NCBI RefSeq assembly: GCF_009914755.1
Contig: NC_060932.1
Reading direction: 5' to 3' (one strand)
Source of the DNA: the human T2T-CHM13v2.0 reference genome, Homo sapiens
Length of the DNA stretch: 64,000 bases
Made by a program: the position numbers and the translations under genes
The notes under the pieces: model-generated
What the model saw: the letters and a program-made list of their open reading frames with translations, nothing else
Database searches by the model: none
Told to the model about the DNA's origin: nothing
Part shown: positions 20,273-38,976 of the stretch, one piece after another
Layout: each line of letters opens with the position of its first letter
Numbering within the stretch: the first letter of the stretch is position 1

Positions 20273-20537
20273 GGGCCAGGCATGGTGGTTCATGCCTGTA
20301 ATCCCAGCACTTTGGGAGGCTGAGATGGGCAGATTACTTGAGGTCAGGAGTTCAAGACCAGCCTGGTCAACATAGTGAAACCCCTGTCTACTGAAAATAC
20401 AAAAAGTAGCTGGGTGTGGTGGCAGGTGCCTGTAATCCCCACTCAGGAGGCTGAGGCAAGAGAATCGCTTGAAGCCAGGAGGCGGAGATTGCAGTGAGCC
20501 CAGATCGTGCCTGGGTGACAGAGCTAGACTCCATCTC

Positions 20538-20563
<26 letters not shown>
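20273..20563 (+). mobile_element. Alu (AluS-like) next to an L2 3' fragment (~20040-20250)
   Basis: Target-site duplication aggatgcagatatag; L2 tail gcacagtgcctggcacata upstream. Confidence 0.9.
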
Positions 20564-20569
<6 letters not shown>

Positions 20570-20697
20570 TGCAGATATAGAGAAGGTAAAGACTGGTACT
20601 GAGCCTAAAATTATTTAATTATAGAACCAATACTAAACAACCATGAGAACTGCATTTACAGAATGGAAGTGGTAATCGAAAGACAATAGCACAACTA

Positions 20698-20950
20698 GGC
20701 TAGCGCAGTGGCTCATGCCTGTAATCTCAACACTTTGGGAGGCCGAGGCGGGTGAATCACTTGAGCCCGGGAGTAAGCCAGGCATGGTGGCACATACCTA
20801 CTCAGGAGGCTGAGGTGGGAGGACTGCTTGAGCCTGAGAGGTGGAGGCTGCTGTGAGTCGAGTTTGCACCACTGCTCTTCAGTCTGGATGACAGAGTGAG
20901 ATCCTGTCTCAAAACAAAAACAAAAACAAAAACAGAAAACAACGAACAAA
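20698..20950 (+). mobile_element. Internally deleted Alu
   Basis: Left monomer jumps (gagcccgggagt|aagccaggcatgg) into the right monomer; (AAAAAC)n tail. Confidence 0.85.
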
Positions 20951-21505
20951 TACAGGTGAGGTAAAGGGAGATGTGAGAAAATGTGTGAATGTAATAGCAA
21001 AAAGTTGCCTGGACTTTACAATGATGAGGCCTACAAGTAAAACATCATCATGCCACTCTTTCCTTGCTTTTCATTATCTTTTCTGAACCTTTGTAGCCTT
21101 ATTTAGAAAGCAATGCTTCTCATGTGGTAAATAAATATTTAAAACACAACAATTCCTTTAGTTTTATGTTAGCTTCCTTTTCTTCTACTAAAAAAATTAG
21201 ATTTCTTAAAAATTGCAACTATGAGACATTAACATTGTAAAATATTTTTCCTATCTATTTGTCAATCCTGCATCCATCTATATATCTATATCAAGATCTA
21301 TGCCTATATGTATCCATCTGTGCCCAAAAAGGCCTCATCTGATATTCAGAAAAATTATTTCTGGCTGATAAAATTTGTTTTTCTTCTCTATTTTTTTTTC
21401 TGCAGAGTTTTAATGTTTTACAACGTGTATGTATGTGTGTGTGTGTATATATATATATAATATCACTTTTGCAAGAAGAAAAGTGACTTTTAAAAAATGA
21501 AAGCA

Positions 21506-21820
<315 letters not shown>

Positions 21821-22321
21821 GCAGATATACCAAAATGTTTATTTTGGATGGTAGGAATATTAAAATATTATTTTTTCTTTGTATTTTTACTGAAAAAATG
21901 TTTTAATTCTAAAAAAGAAATTAATAAAAAGGAAAATGTGAATCTAAGATTAGTGCATGAGAGCTGGAGACCCAGAGAGGGCAAACAGCATCAAGGTCAA
22001 AGTTGAGTGAGTCCTGGGTGAAAGTGTCTTTTCAGCCAGGGGAGATTTTCCATGCAGAAGGGACTGGGCATCAACTGTCAGGACATGGACAGAGATGTCT
22101 GCCATTAGAAGCTGGTCCTCTCATAGCCCACCAGCATCCCCCAGGAGGACACTGGCTTCCTCAAGGTCACAGCCTTTGGTTTCTGGAAAAAATGATTAAG
22201 CAGTGAAAGGATTAAGGTCTCACAGCTCCTATCGCATGATGTATAGATGCAGAGGTTTCTCATCATCTTCTTTTTGTATTTTAAAAGATGGATGACAACT
22301 AGATGCCAACTGCAGCTCAGG

Positions 22322-22483
22322 CACCTGCCCAGTCCCTCTCAGAGCCGGGCACAAAACAGACACCTGTCTAGCCCCTCACAGAGAGCCAGGCACAAAACAG
22401 ACACCTGTCCAGCCCCTCACAGAGAGCCAGGCACAAAGCGGAGACTTGTCCAGCTCCTGGCAAGGAGCCAGGCACAAAAGAGA
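22322..22483 (+). repeat. ~41-bp minisatellite x4 (cacctgtccagcccctcacagagagccaggcacaaaacaga)
   Basis: Units start at 22322, 22361, 22402, ~22443. Confidence 0.88.
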
Positions 22484-22841
22484 TGCCCATGAGTGTAAAT
22501 GAATCTGTGAAACAGGCAGAACAGGAGCATCAACTGAGTAATTGTTTTTTCTTTTTCAAATAAGAACATTTGCGTTGAGAAGCCGCCACGGGAAGAGATG
22601 TGATGAAACACTACACAGAAAGAGGGAGGAGCCTCCGGGTAGGTTGGAGTGAGTAGGATGTAGGGTAGCCGGCAGGGGAGAAGAGGGGCAACCTTCTGTT
22701 CCATAATATTGATACCACCCATTTGTGTGTCCAATTTTTGCTGGTTTGTGACGTCCTTCTAGGGTCCATGAGTAACCCCCACCCCATTGCCTAGCTGGGT
22801 GCCTGACTCCCCTTAAGTGCTCAGTAGACGTTGAACTGGAC

Positions 22842-23182
<341 letters not shown>

Positions 23183-23985
23183 TTACATCTGTCCAGTCTC
23201 GGGTTTATGCAGATAGAACAAGATAACCACATCCCACATGGGAGGCCAGTGTCCACTTGCTCCTTTGGAGGAACTACTGGGCATTTAAGGGACTCGTTGA
23301 ACACACTCTGTAGGTCAACTCTGCCCGGAGTGGAGGGAGCTGCGCAGACCGCTGGCCCTCTGCACGGGTTTGCAACTCGGCTTCTGGAAACAGCGGGAGA
23401 CGTCGAAGGAGGCGAGAAGGTGCGCGCGCCCTTCTCACCAGGCCGGCGGATGCTGGGTGGTACCCAAAGAGGCGCTCAGATCACTGGAGCTGGAGCTCAG
23501 TCGGCGGTCTTCTGCGGGAACTGCACCTATCCCGGAGCATCTCTGGCCCTCCTATTTCACTGAACTCGCCTTCCTCAGCAGGAAAGTGGGAAGACCGCTT
23601 GCTTCCAGGACGGTGTGGGGAGGGTAAGAGGGCTCAGGGAAAGACCGTGGAAAGCTCGGCGCACAAGCGAGCTGGCATCACCGGGGATTCCCTCCGGCCC
23701 GGTGGGACTCCGGCGCGCTTGTAGCGAGGACCCCCAGCCCAGGGCAGAGCCTACCCTCCGCTCCCCCAGTCTGGGCCCTTGGCGGCCGCAGTCGCCCAAG
23801 CCCGCCCCGCCTCCGCGCGCGGCCCTCTCCGGCTCAGTGCCCTGCGCTGCCGGGAAGCAGGCTGAGGGGCGCACCGGGCGGCGGGCGGGGACCTGGGGAA
23901 GGCCGGGAGCGCCGGGACCGAGGACGCACGCGGCGGGCCGGGCCGCGCGCGCCTCCCCCCTCCCCCGAGGCCCGAGCGCGAGCCG

Positions 23986-23999
23986 CCGTGACGTCACGG
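23986..23999. promoter_or_regulatory. Full CRE/ATF site TGACGTCA inside the 14-bp palindrome CCGTGACGTCACGG
   Basis: Perfect consensus at 23989-23996, about 25-35 bp upstream of exon 1a. Confidence 0.8.
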
Positions 24000-24021
24000 G
24001 CAACCCGCCAGCCCCGCGCTC

Positions 24022-24223
24022 CTCCGGGCAGAGCGCGTGTGGCGGCCGAGCACATGGGCCCGCGGGCCGGGCGGGCTCGGGGCGGCCGGGACGAGGAGGG
24101 GCGACGACGAGCTGCGAGCAAAGATGTGCCCCGGGACCCCCGGCACCTTCCAGTGGATTTCCTTGCGGAAAGGATGTTGGCGGTCCCTGTGACCTGTGGA
24201 GACACGGCCAGATCTGCCCTCCA
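24022..24223 (+). ncRNA. PVT1: PVT1 exon 1a (202 nt)
   Basis: ctccgggcagagcgcgtgtggcggccgagcacatggg...gatctgccctcca matches the recalled 5' end of the PVT1 RefSeq transcript; followed by consensus donor GTAAGT at 24224. Confidence 0.92.
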
Positions 24224-24390
24224 GTAAGTTCCAATTTTGTCCCCTGCGTTTCTGGAAACTCTCGAGACTTGGCCCTGAGTAGGGATGCGCTGTGAGTAGT
24301 CGGACGGAGGAAAGGGGCTTTCGGAATCCAATATGTGTGTGCTAGGCGTGCACTGTCCTCATCACCAGCCTCAAGACTGGTGGCGAGTTT

Positions 24391-24419
24391 GGGCGTTTGG
24401 GGAGGGGGAGGGGAGGGGG
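24391..24419 (+). other. Putative G-quadruplex just inside intron 1
   Basis: gggcgtttggggagggggaggggaggggg: five G runs with short loops. Confidence 0.6.
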
Positions 24420-25259
24420 ATGACACCGAATGGCCGGTGCATAGAGGCAATTCTGGATTTATGAACTTGATCAAAGGCATATTAACTAATTTCTAAAAAT
24501 AGACCCCTCTGCAGTCAGAACAGATTTGGAGCCATGATGTGGTTTGGAGGCCCCTCTGGCGAAACTAGAGGTCTGTGAATGTGTGATCCTCCCTCCATCC
24601 TTTGACCATCACTCCCCGCTTCCTCTCACACCCCCTCAGGGCTGGGCGAAGGTGATTTCCAAAAACTCAGTAACTCCGTGTTTTGAGACTTTCTCAGTTT
24701 TTGCATCGCATGTGAGGGTTTGTTGGGTGCTCCTAAACCCTCATCATGGTCATTCTTCTTGGCTGGGCTGTTGATTTAATTAGGTTTGCCTTCTCTTGCT
24801 AACGTGCTCTTATTTATGCCAGTGTTTGTGGTTCTGGGTGTAGACTTTCAGGAAGCACAGCCATGAAGCTGCATGCGTCTGTGTGTGGATGCCTCATGCC
24901 TTTTCCTGGTGGTTTGCAGGCATGGAAGATTCTTCTGTTCATCTAAGCTCCTGACTTTAGGCCCTTCTAGAACATTAGAGAGGAGAAGAAATCACGTGCA
25001 AGGATTTAGGGACAAGAGGATGAGGTTTTGGTGTTTCCTTTCTGGTATTAGGTTTTCCAGAGAGAGGCTGTTAGCCTGTCTCTCGCCCACTCCACCACTG
25101 TGAATCCTGGCTACTGGGGCTAGTTCCTTGCTAGGAAAAAAAAACTCTAGAGAAATGTGTTTGTGTGTGGTGGGTGGGCGGGGGCCCTGAGGATGCAGGG
25201 ACTGTGTCTGCTGTGTTGTCTGTTATAAGATGTTTCAGACCTATTTTGCATACTGGCAG

Positions 25260-25279
25260 CGACAAGTTGAGACTTGTTC
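25260..25279. promoter_or_regulatory. p53 response element between exons 1a and 1b
   Basis: CGACAAGTTG-AGACTTGTTC: two RRRCWWGYYY half-sites with zero spacer, the second perfect. Position agrees with the known p53-responsive PVT1b/miR-1204 element. Confidence 0.85.
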
Positions 25280-25382
25280 AACTTGACACAGTCCTGTGGT
25301 CATAGCGAATCTTTCTAAAGCTCTGATCAGTCAAGAAGGGGGTTGTATCAATCCTCAGAACCCTGAGTGGAACTTTCTACAG

Positions 25383-25497
25383 GATTTATTAGGAGAAAAA
25401 CCTTCCCGGAAGCTGCAGAAGGACAAATACAGAATCCGTGTCTGGGAGAAACCTCGTGGCCTGGTCTCCATTATTTGAGATGAGTTACATCTTGGAG
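25383..25497 (+). ncRNA. PVT1: PVT1 exon 1b (115 nt when spliced from exon 1a; may also serve as an alternative first exon)
   Basis: Acceptor tttctacAG at 25381-25382 and donor GAG|GTGAGG at 25498; overlaps MIR1204 as recalled for exon 1b. Confidence 0.75.
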
Positions 25498-25517
25498 GTG
25501 AGGACGTGCCTCGTGGT
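25451..25517 (+). ncRNA. MIR1204: microRNA-1204 precursor (mature TCGTGGCCTGGTCTCCATTAT at 25454-25474)
   Basis: acctcgtggcctggtctccattatttgagatgagttacatcttggaggtgaggacgtgcctcgtggt matches the recalled hsa-mir-1204 hairpin. Confidence 0.9.
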
Positions 25518-26367
25518 CTAAAGCTTCGGCACAAGGGCCCAACTGGAATTCCACTTACGGGTATGACTGTGGGGTATATGCTGTACCCATTGAATTCCCA
25601 GAGGGATTTGTTAAGTGGTTGTGTTGCTGTTTTGCCTGGTTAAGAGTGGCTTATTCTTGTTGCCTCATCTATCTTGAGTGCAGAATTTTTGCATAAACGG
25701 CTTCTCTTGAAAAATAGAAGTCCGTTTTTGTTTTGTTTTGTTTTTTTTCTGATTAACTTTCCTTTTCCTCTGTCTTAAACACCTTCCCCCGCCCCTCGCC
25801 ACCTCCATGCTGTGTTTCTGTGGCTGGAGCTTTTCTGCACTGGAAAGGAGGAGTTCTCCCCTCTGTTCTGACATATCTGATCCCCACTAGTTTATATGAT
25901 TGCTGGTCTGAAAACCTGGTGAATTCTCACTGCCCACATCAAATCAATTCCCTGTTCTTTAGTTGTTTTTTTTTTCCGCCTCCTGAGCGGTAGGCAGGCA
26001 CTCTGGCTGGATTCTGGAGCCTGTGTTTGCCATGCCTGGGCCTTCTGCCTGCCCAAGATGGACACGTTTCTCTGGCAGCTTCGTCAAGAGATCTCCTGGA
26101 CTATAAGACACCCTGTTCTTTCCTCCTGTTTGTGTGAGTGGCCCTGCATTTGGGCAGAGTATTGGCAGAATATCTGGGGGAAGTGGAAGACTTTGGATAG
26201 TTGCCGGTCCAGGTCGTCTGGAGAGGCAGTGGCAGGCCTGCTGATGGCTGCCCCTTTGCTATTTGTTTTATATCAGGTGGCCCTTCTGGATGTGTGGCCT
26301 TTTTATTTTGCATTTCCTTTCATAGTTGGCTGCAGACATAAGATTCTTCTTTTTCTCTTGTTTTGCT

Positions 26368-26817
<450 letters not shown>

Positions 26818-27497
26818 TTGTTTTGCTTTTTATTGTTTCCTGATGCAGGTTTGTGATCTCTTTGAGGGATCAGGACCACACCCCCCACCCCAATTTATAT
26901 TCCCAGTGTCCATGGTGGGACCCTGACTGAGGATGGGAACAGAGCAACAATCTGGAATCATTTGGACCATTGAGTCCTGTGGACAGTCACTTCAATATCA
27001 TCCCTAGAGAGTCTCAGAAATTCAAGGCCTTTTGGAATGCTGCCAAAATGGGTCCTTTGGCAGGAGCCCCCTTTGTCTCTTCTGTTTTCTGACCTCAAAT
27101 AATCTAAGGAACTAATAACGGTAATAAATAACAATTAATAATAAGAACAATAATAGTGCATGTATAACATGGACATTGTTTATCACGCAAAGCATGTTCT
27201 TCACCTTCTACTCCCTACAACTCCATGAGGCATTTATAATGAAATGTCTAGCAATGGTAGACTTCTTGTTGTGGGGCAGGGTTGGTTCTAACACTTCAAA
27301 TTATATGATCTCATTTAACTTTCCTATAAAATAGGATGATTATTGTTGTGGTTTTGCAGATGAGGAACCCACAGCCCAGAGAGGTTAAAAATATCCTCCC
27401 AGGTCACACAGCTTGGGAGAGGCAGAGCTGTAGAGATTTGGACCACAGTCTTCGACTTCTTAGTGTGACTCTCAGAAGTTAGAGGATAATGAGGTTA

Positions 27498-27810
<313 letters not shown>

Positions 27811-28066
27811 GAAAAGGGTATACCCCTTGGCCTTGAGCAGGAGAACACAGTGTGTCCCCCACCCTCACCGTGCACCTTAGGCACAAACAGAAAGCTGAAC
27901 ATCTTGCATGAAGATACCTCATGCTCTGCCTGCCGACCTTTTCTGCAGCCACGGAGCAGTCAGAGACAAAGGGGCCAAGAGGCCTTAGGTGAGGGCTGCC
28001 ATGCTGGAAAGTTTGGGCTGTGGGTGTGGGCAGGAGTCATGGGTAGAGGTCAGAACCCTTAGTCTT

Positions 28067-28378
28067 GGCTGGGTGCAGTAGCTCACACCCGTAATCCCAG
28101 CACTTTGGGAGGCTGAGGCCGGTAGATTACCTGAGGTCAGGAGTTCAAGACCAGCCTGGCCAGCATGGTGAAACCCTGTCTCTACTAAAAATACAAAAAA
28201 AAAAAAAAAAAAAAAAAATTAGCCCGGCGTGGTGGCACACGCCTGTAGTCCTAGCTACTCGGGAGGCTGAGGTAGGAAGATCTCTTGAACCCGGGAGACG
28301 GAGTTTGCAGTGAGCTGAGATTGCCAGTGCACTCCTGCCTGGGAGATAGAGTAAGACTTTGTCTCAAAAAACAAACAA
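28067..28378 (+). mobile_element. Alu (AluSx-like) with an expanded central A linker
   Basis: Sense dimer; long A run at 28195-28218. Confidence 0.92.
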
Positions 28379-28769
28379 CCGCCTCGGTCTTTGTGCAAAA
28401 TCTATAATCATTTGCAAGAGGCTGCAATCAGGTATAGCACTGGATTTTGTGACCAAAACTAGGTTTCAGGATTTAATTAAAAACAAAAACAATGTCAGGT
28501 CATAAAACACAAGACATATACATGATGTGGAAATGGTCTTATTCATTTTTTAATTGCGAAATTCCGAACTATCTGTTTTTTTTTTCCTTTATCTTTTCCT
28601 TTTTGTGTGTGTGTGGAGTTAGGTGGGGGGGGAGGTATGGCATATTGTTTTGTTTATCTGCCTCTTTATTATCACTGACTGTGAAATTCTTGAGAACAGG
28701 GGCGTCTAAGTGCCCAACACAGCCCTGGTACTTTGTTGAATCAGGTGGCTGTCAAGAGCTGCTGCTTCA

Positions 28770-28925
28770 GCCCGGCATGGTGGCTTATGCCTATAATTTT
28801 TGCACTTTGAGAGGCTGAGGCAGGAGGATTGCTTGAGCTGAGAAGTTTGAGACCAGCCTGGGCAGCAGAGTGAGACTCTGTCTCTGTAAAAAATAATAAA
28901 ATAAAAATTAAAAAATAAAGAAAAA
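28770..28925 (+). mobile_element. FLAM/Alu left monomer
   Basis: gcccggcatggtggcttatgcc...gagactctgtctct followed by an A-rich tail. Confidence 0.82.
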
Positions 28926-29099
28926 ACTGCTTTGTCTTCAAGGAAACAAGATACACAGTCAACAGTCATTATCTTTTTAGATATGAGACAGCTTGACATG
29001 GTGTGGAAGTGGGGGGCTTGCCTGTAGGGAAAGTATGCTGATGAAAAAGAAGGAAAACAGACAGTAGCAGGAGGCAGTGGGGATGTGTCAGGGAGCTGA

Positions 29100-29270
29100 G
29101 GAGTGTAGATCTGGTTACTTTTGGGCAAGTTACTTCTCTAAGCTTCAGTTTCCTCATCTATAAAATGGTTTGCTGTGATGACGAAAGAGATGATGAACAG
29201 AATGTGTCTGGCAGAGGACCTGGGCTCATAAGTGAGCACACAGTAAAAGGTAGCTAATATCATTACTGTT
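29100..29270 (+). mobile_element. MIR
   Basis: ttgggcaagttacttctctaagcttcagtttcctcatctataaaatgg. Confidence 0.8.
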
Positions 29271-30169
29271 CCAATTATTGAGCTTTATTACTTCCTGTGG
29301 CTGCATGAAGTAGTGGTTTCTGAATAGAAAGGCAACATTCTAGTTGCCTAGATCTTAAGATGGCAGTGACTTCACTGTAGTTCTCTGCAAGCATCAGAAA
29401 CAAGCCCTGGCTTATGTAAGTTAGAAACAGATGAGAAAGTAAATAAAGCTGCAGAAGTGGGTCTCAGGAAGGACAGGAATCAAAGGGCTGTCCCTCGGAT
29501 GTCAGACTGCCTTTGCAAGTTACTTCAGGTCACTGTGCCTCCATTTCCTCAGCTGCTGAGCAGGGGAGGAGAATCACTTCTCCCTCCCTGGGATGGTGCA
29601 GAGCACTTAGCAGAGCACTTAGCACAGAGGAATAAGCCCTTCAGTAAAACATTTGAGTAAAGCAATTATTATTTATTATTCTTCAGGGCTCTTTTTTTTT
29701 CTGGTGCATTAGCCCTAACATTGACTACTTGGTTCAAGAGTGATGGATGCATTCATTTCCTGAGCAGTTGCTGTATGCCTGGCACCGTTTTAGCTGCTGG
29801 CGATCCAGCAGGGAGCAGAAGAGACAAAAATCCCTGCCCTCCTGAAGCTTCTGTCCTAGTGGATGTCACACAGTAGTGGGGCAGGCTGGTCCCCAGAGAC
29901 AGCTGGGGGACAGATGGAGGCAGTGCAGGCAAAAGCTAACTCCTGTGCAAAGTCTCCCCGGCCCCACTGTGTTAACAGTAAAGTGCTTAGCAGAGGCTCC
30001 CACACATAGTAGTTACTATGTAGTGGTAGTTGCTATGTTTATTATTATTATATTATTCTCCTCCCTCATAAAATGGCAGCCTCCCTTTCTTCCATTCCCC
30101 TTCCTGAGTTATTTTTTCTCGATAGGGCTTATCTTCCTAGTATACCATATGTCTCTCTTCTCCCACTAA

Positions 30170-31220
<1,051 letters not shown>

Positions 31221-31254
31221 AGGCTGTTCACTGTTGTATCCCCAGCATCTTAAA

Positions 31255-32165
<911 letters not shown>

Positions 32166-32583
32166 GGAACAATGCCTTGGACGAGGTCAGCATTTAGTGA
32201 ATCAAATGTGTGGGTGAGGCACAGGTGTTCTGCCGTGAATGAGAAACCGTTGCCATCTTCGGGAAGCTTCCAGTGTGGGAGGGAGGCACACTGCAGATGT
32301 AACTGCTAGGAGAGAAAGAAGGCAGGTTGAAATGGGACCACAGCCAACCAGGCCTGCTGTAGCCCAGAAGCTGGAAGAGACTCGCCCAGGAGGGAAGGAA
32401 GACACTGGGGTGTTGGGTCTCAGTCTGGGTCTTGGTGACAGCAGTGGGCTGGCAGTGCAGAGGTTCAAGGCCTTGGACTGCAAGTCCACTAAGGTGGCTG
32501 GTGGTGTGGGTGGAGGTGGAAAAGGCAGGTGGGGCGAGGGTGAGGGGCAGGACATCCTGGAGAGCCTGAATAACCAGGTATAA

Positions 32584-32912
<329 letters not shown>

Positions 32913-33091
32913 CCCAGGCGGAAATTATTTCAACTGGGTCCTGAGAACTGGGCACTTTTCAAGGATTGTCAGCAAGGAGCAACTTCCCAAATATACATCT
33001 AAAAAGATGACAAACTCATGTGGAATGTGGATTTAAGGAGGAAGGTACTTGACTTAAGAATTCCAGGATTTTGGTGGAAGAAGGAAATATG

Positions 33092-34785
<1,694 letters not shown>

Positions 34786-35666
34786 TGATTTGGATGCTTA
34801 GCTTCATAACAGCCTGTTTATATAGATTATGTTTTCTATTTTTCAGTTAATTAAAAAAAAAACAAATTCTCAGTCCTAGGATTATTGTGCATAATGTCTG
34901 AATTTTTTAGAATTTCAGGTAAATATTGTGGTTCATGAGATTTGCACAGAAGCTGAATTTGCTGCTTTCTGGTGAGGCACGTGATGTTTTTTGCTGTCCG
35001 TGATGCACTAACATGTCATTAACATGTATGTACAGTGTTATATGCTCGCACATGTTTATGTGCAGCCTATGCACCTGTATTGGATTTTTCTTCACTCTCA
35101 TTTATTGGCAGGTATTTGTGGAGTGCCTGTGGTGTGCCAAGTTCTGCTTGAGGCCTTGGGTATTCAGTAGTGATCAAAGTAGATCAACTAGTACCAGTTC
35201 TTAAGAGGCTTATTGTTAAGTGGGGGAAACAAGCAAATAGACAAAGAAAAAATAACATTATTGTAAGGAATATGAAATAATATGTACTAGAATAATATGA
35301 AGGGATGGTTATTGTGAGGTAAGGGGGTTCATACTGAAATACTGTCTGAGGAATCAGGATTTGAGTGAGACACGAAGACTCAGTAGAAGTTAACCAGAAG
35401 AACAAAGTGTTAGCAGAAAAGACAAGATTGATCAATATGACTACATATTAAAGAAAAAGGCACATCTAAGCAACAAAAACTGCAATGGTATTAAAAGCCA
35501 AATACAAGACTTAGAAGATATTTGCAATATTTATAACACATTACAAAGCACTAATATCTAGAATGTATGCAGAATTCCCAAAAGTCAACAACAAAAAGAC
35601 AAACAGCCTTATAGCAAAGTGGGTGAAAGATAGGACCATGCAGTGCTCATAGAAAGCAAAGTAGAT

Positions 35667-36455
<789 letters not shown>

Positions 36456-36819
36456 CAAGATACATGTTTCATGCTTTACAACGTGCCAGAAATAGGATGT
36501 CTGACTCAAGTGTTGACAAGGCACAGGGTGTTCAGCAGCTCCGCTAGTGAGTGTGTGAGGTCACTTTAGAGACCACCTTGCCAGCAGGTAGTGAAATTGG
36601 AAACATGTGCAGCCCCGTTCCTAGGTAAGATTGAGAATTCACAGTTCGTGCTGTATGTTACTTAAGGATATTTAGAGATGAAAGTGAAGGTTTAAAAAAT
36701 GGGCTGGAAAGATCTATATCAAACTCACTGTCATCATCTGGGGAGAGAAGGGGAGTGGGCTGATTGTGAAGGTCAAAGCCTACTTTAACTTTGCCTTTAT
36801 TGCTTTTTTTAAATTCAAT

Positions 36820-37834
<1,015 letters not shown>

Positions 37835-38231
37835 GTTCTTTAAATTTCTTTCAAAACAGTTTAGGGAAGGGATATCCTAGGTAAAGATAATAGCATGTGT
37901 GAAGGCCCTGAGGCTGCAAAACTTTTGGTGTGTTCAGAGTGTCAAAAGATTCGTGTGGCTGGAAAGGAGTGAACGTCCAGGGTCCAGATGAACAGGTGTT
38001 TGGTCATGGAGGGCCTTAAGTGCTTTTTTAAGTCTTTGGGGGTGGCTAAGCTGGGTGGTTCCTGATTTGATTGACCTTTTTGTTGGGTAGATGGTGGATC
38101 AACGGAAGCAGGTGGCCCATTTGGGGACTGAATTACAGCAATCCAAGAGAGAGCTGGACTCGGCTCTAGCAGTGGAGAGGAAGAGAAGAGGATGAGTTTG
38201 GTATTTATTTTGGAGACAGAAAGGACTTCTT

Positions 38232-38596
<365 letters not shown>

Positions 38597-38679
38597 TTAG
38601 CTAGCTAGAGACCTTCCAAACTGTGCTCAGGCATTTGGATTTTACCCTGTGGGTGATAGGGAACTATTGAAGGTTTTCA

Positions 38680-38976
38680 TTTTTTTCTTTTTGGAGACAG
38701 AGTCTTGCTCTGTTGCTTCAGGCAGGAGTGCAGTGAGCCATAGTGGCTCATTGCAGCCTGGACCCCCTGTGCTCAAGCAATCCTCCCACCTCAGCCTCCA
38801 GAGTAGCTGGGACTACAGGTGCATGGCACCACCCCCAGCTAATGTTTTGTTTTTAATTTTTTATAAAGATAGGGTCTCACTTTGTTGTCCAGGCTTAAAA
38901 CTCCTGGCTTTAAGCGATCCTCCCATCTTGACCTCCCAAAGTGTTGGAATTACAGGAATGAGCCATCATGCTCGGC
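38680..38976 (-). mobile_element. AluJ-like
   Basis: Divergent antisense dimer. Confidence 0.87.

Larger units (their letters stand above)
23320..24350. promoter_or_regulatory. PVT1: CpG island / PVT1 promoter (TATA-less, GC boxes)
   Basis: Very high GC and CpG density, free of Alus; GC boxes cccgccccgcc at 23801-23811; immediately upstream of and overlapping the recognised PVT1 exon 1a. Confidence 0.93.

Noticed and set aside
22322-22483. Repeat array superficially like a CRISPR array
   Set aside because: Contiguous tandem units without unique spacers, in primate DNA with no cas genes; a minisatellite.
23575-24480. 301-aa minus-strand and 226-aa plus-strand ORFs over the CpG island
   Set aside because: Long open frames are expected in very GC-rich DNA. 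They are Pro/Ala/Arg/Gly-rich with no recognisable domain, and the plus ORF crosses the TSS and splice donor.
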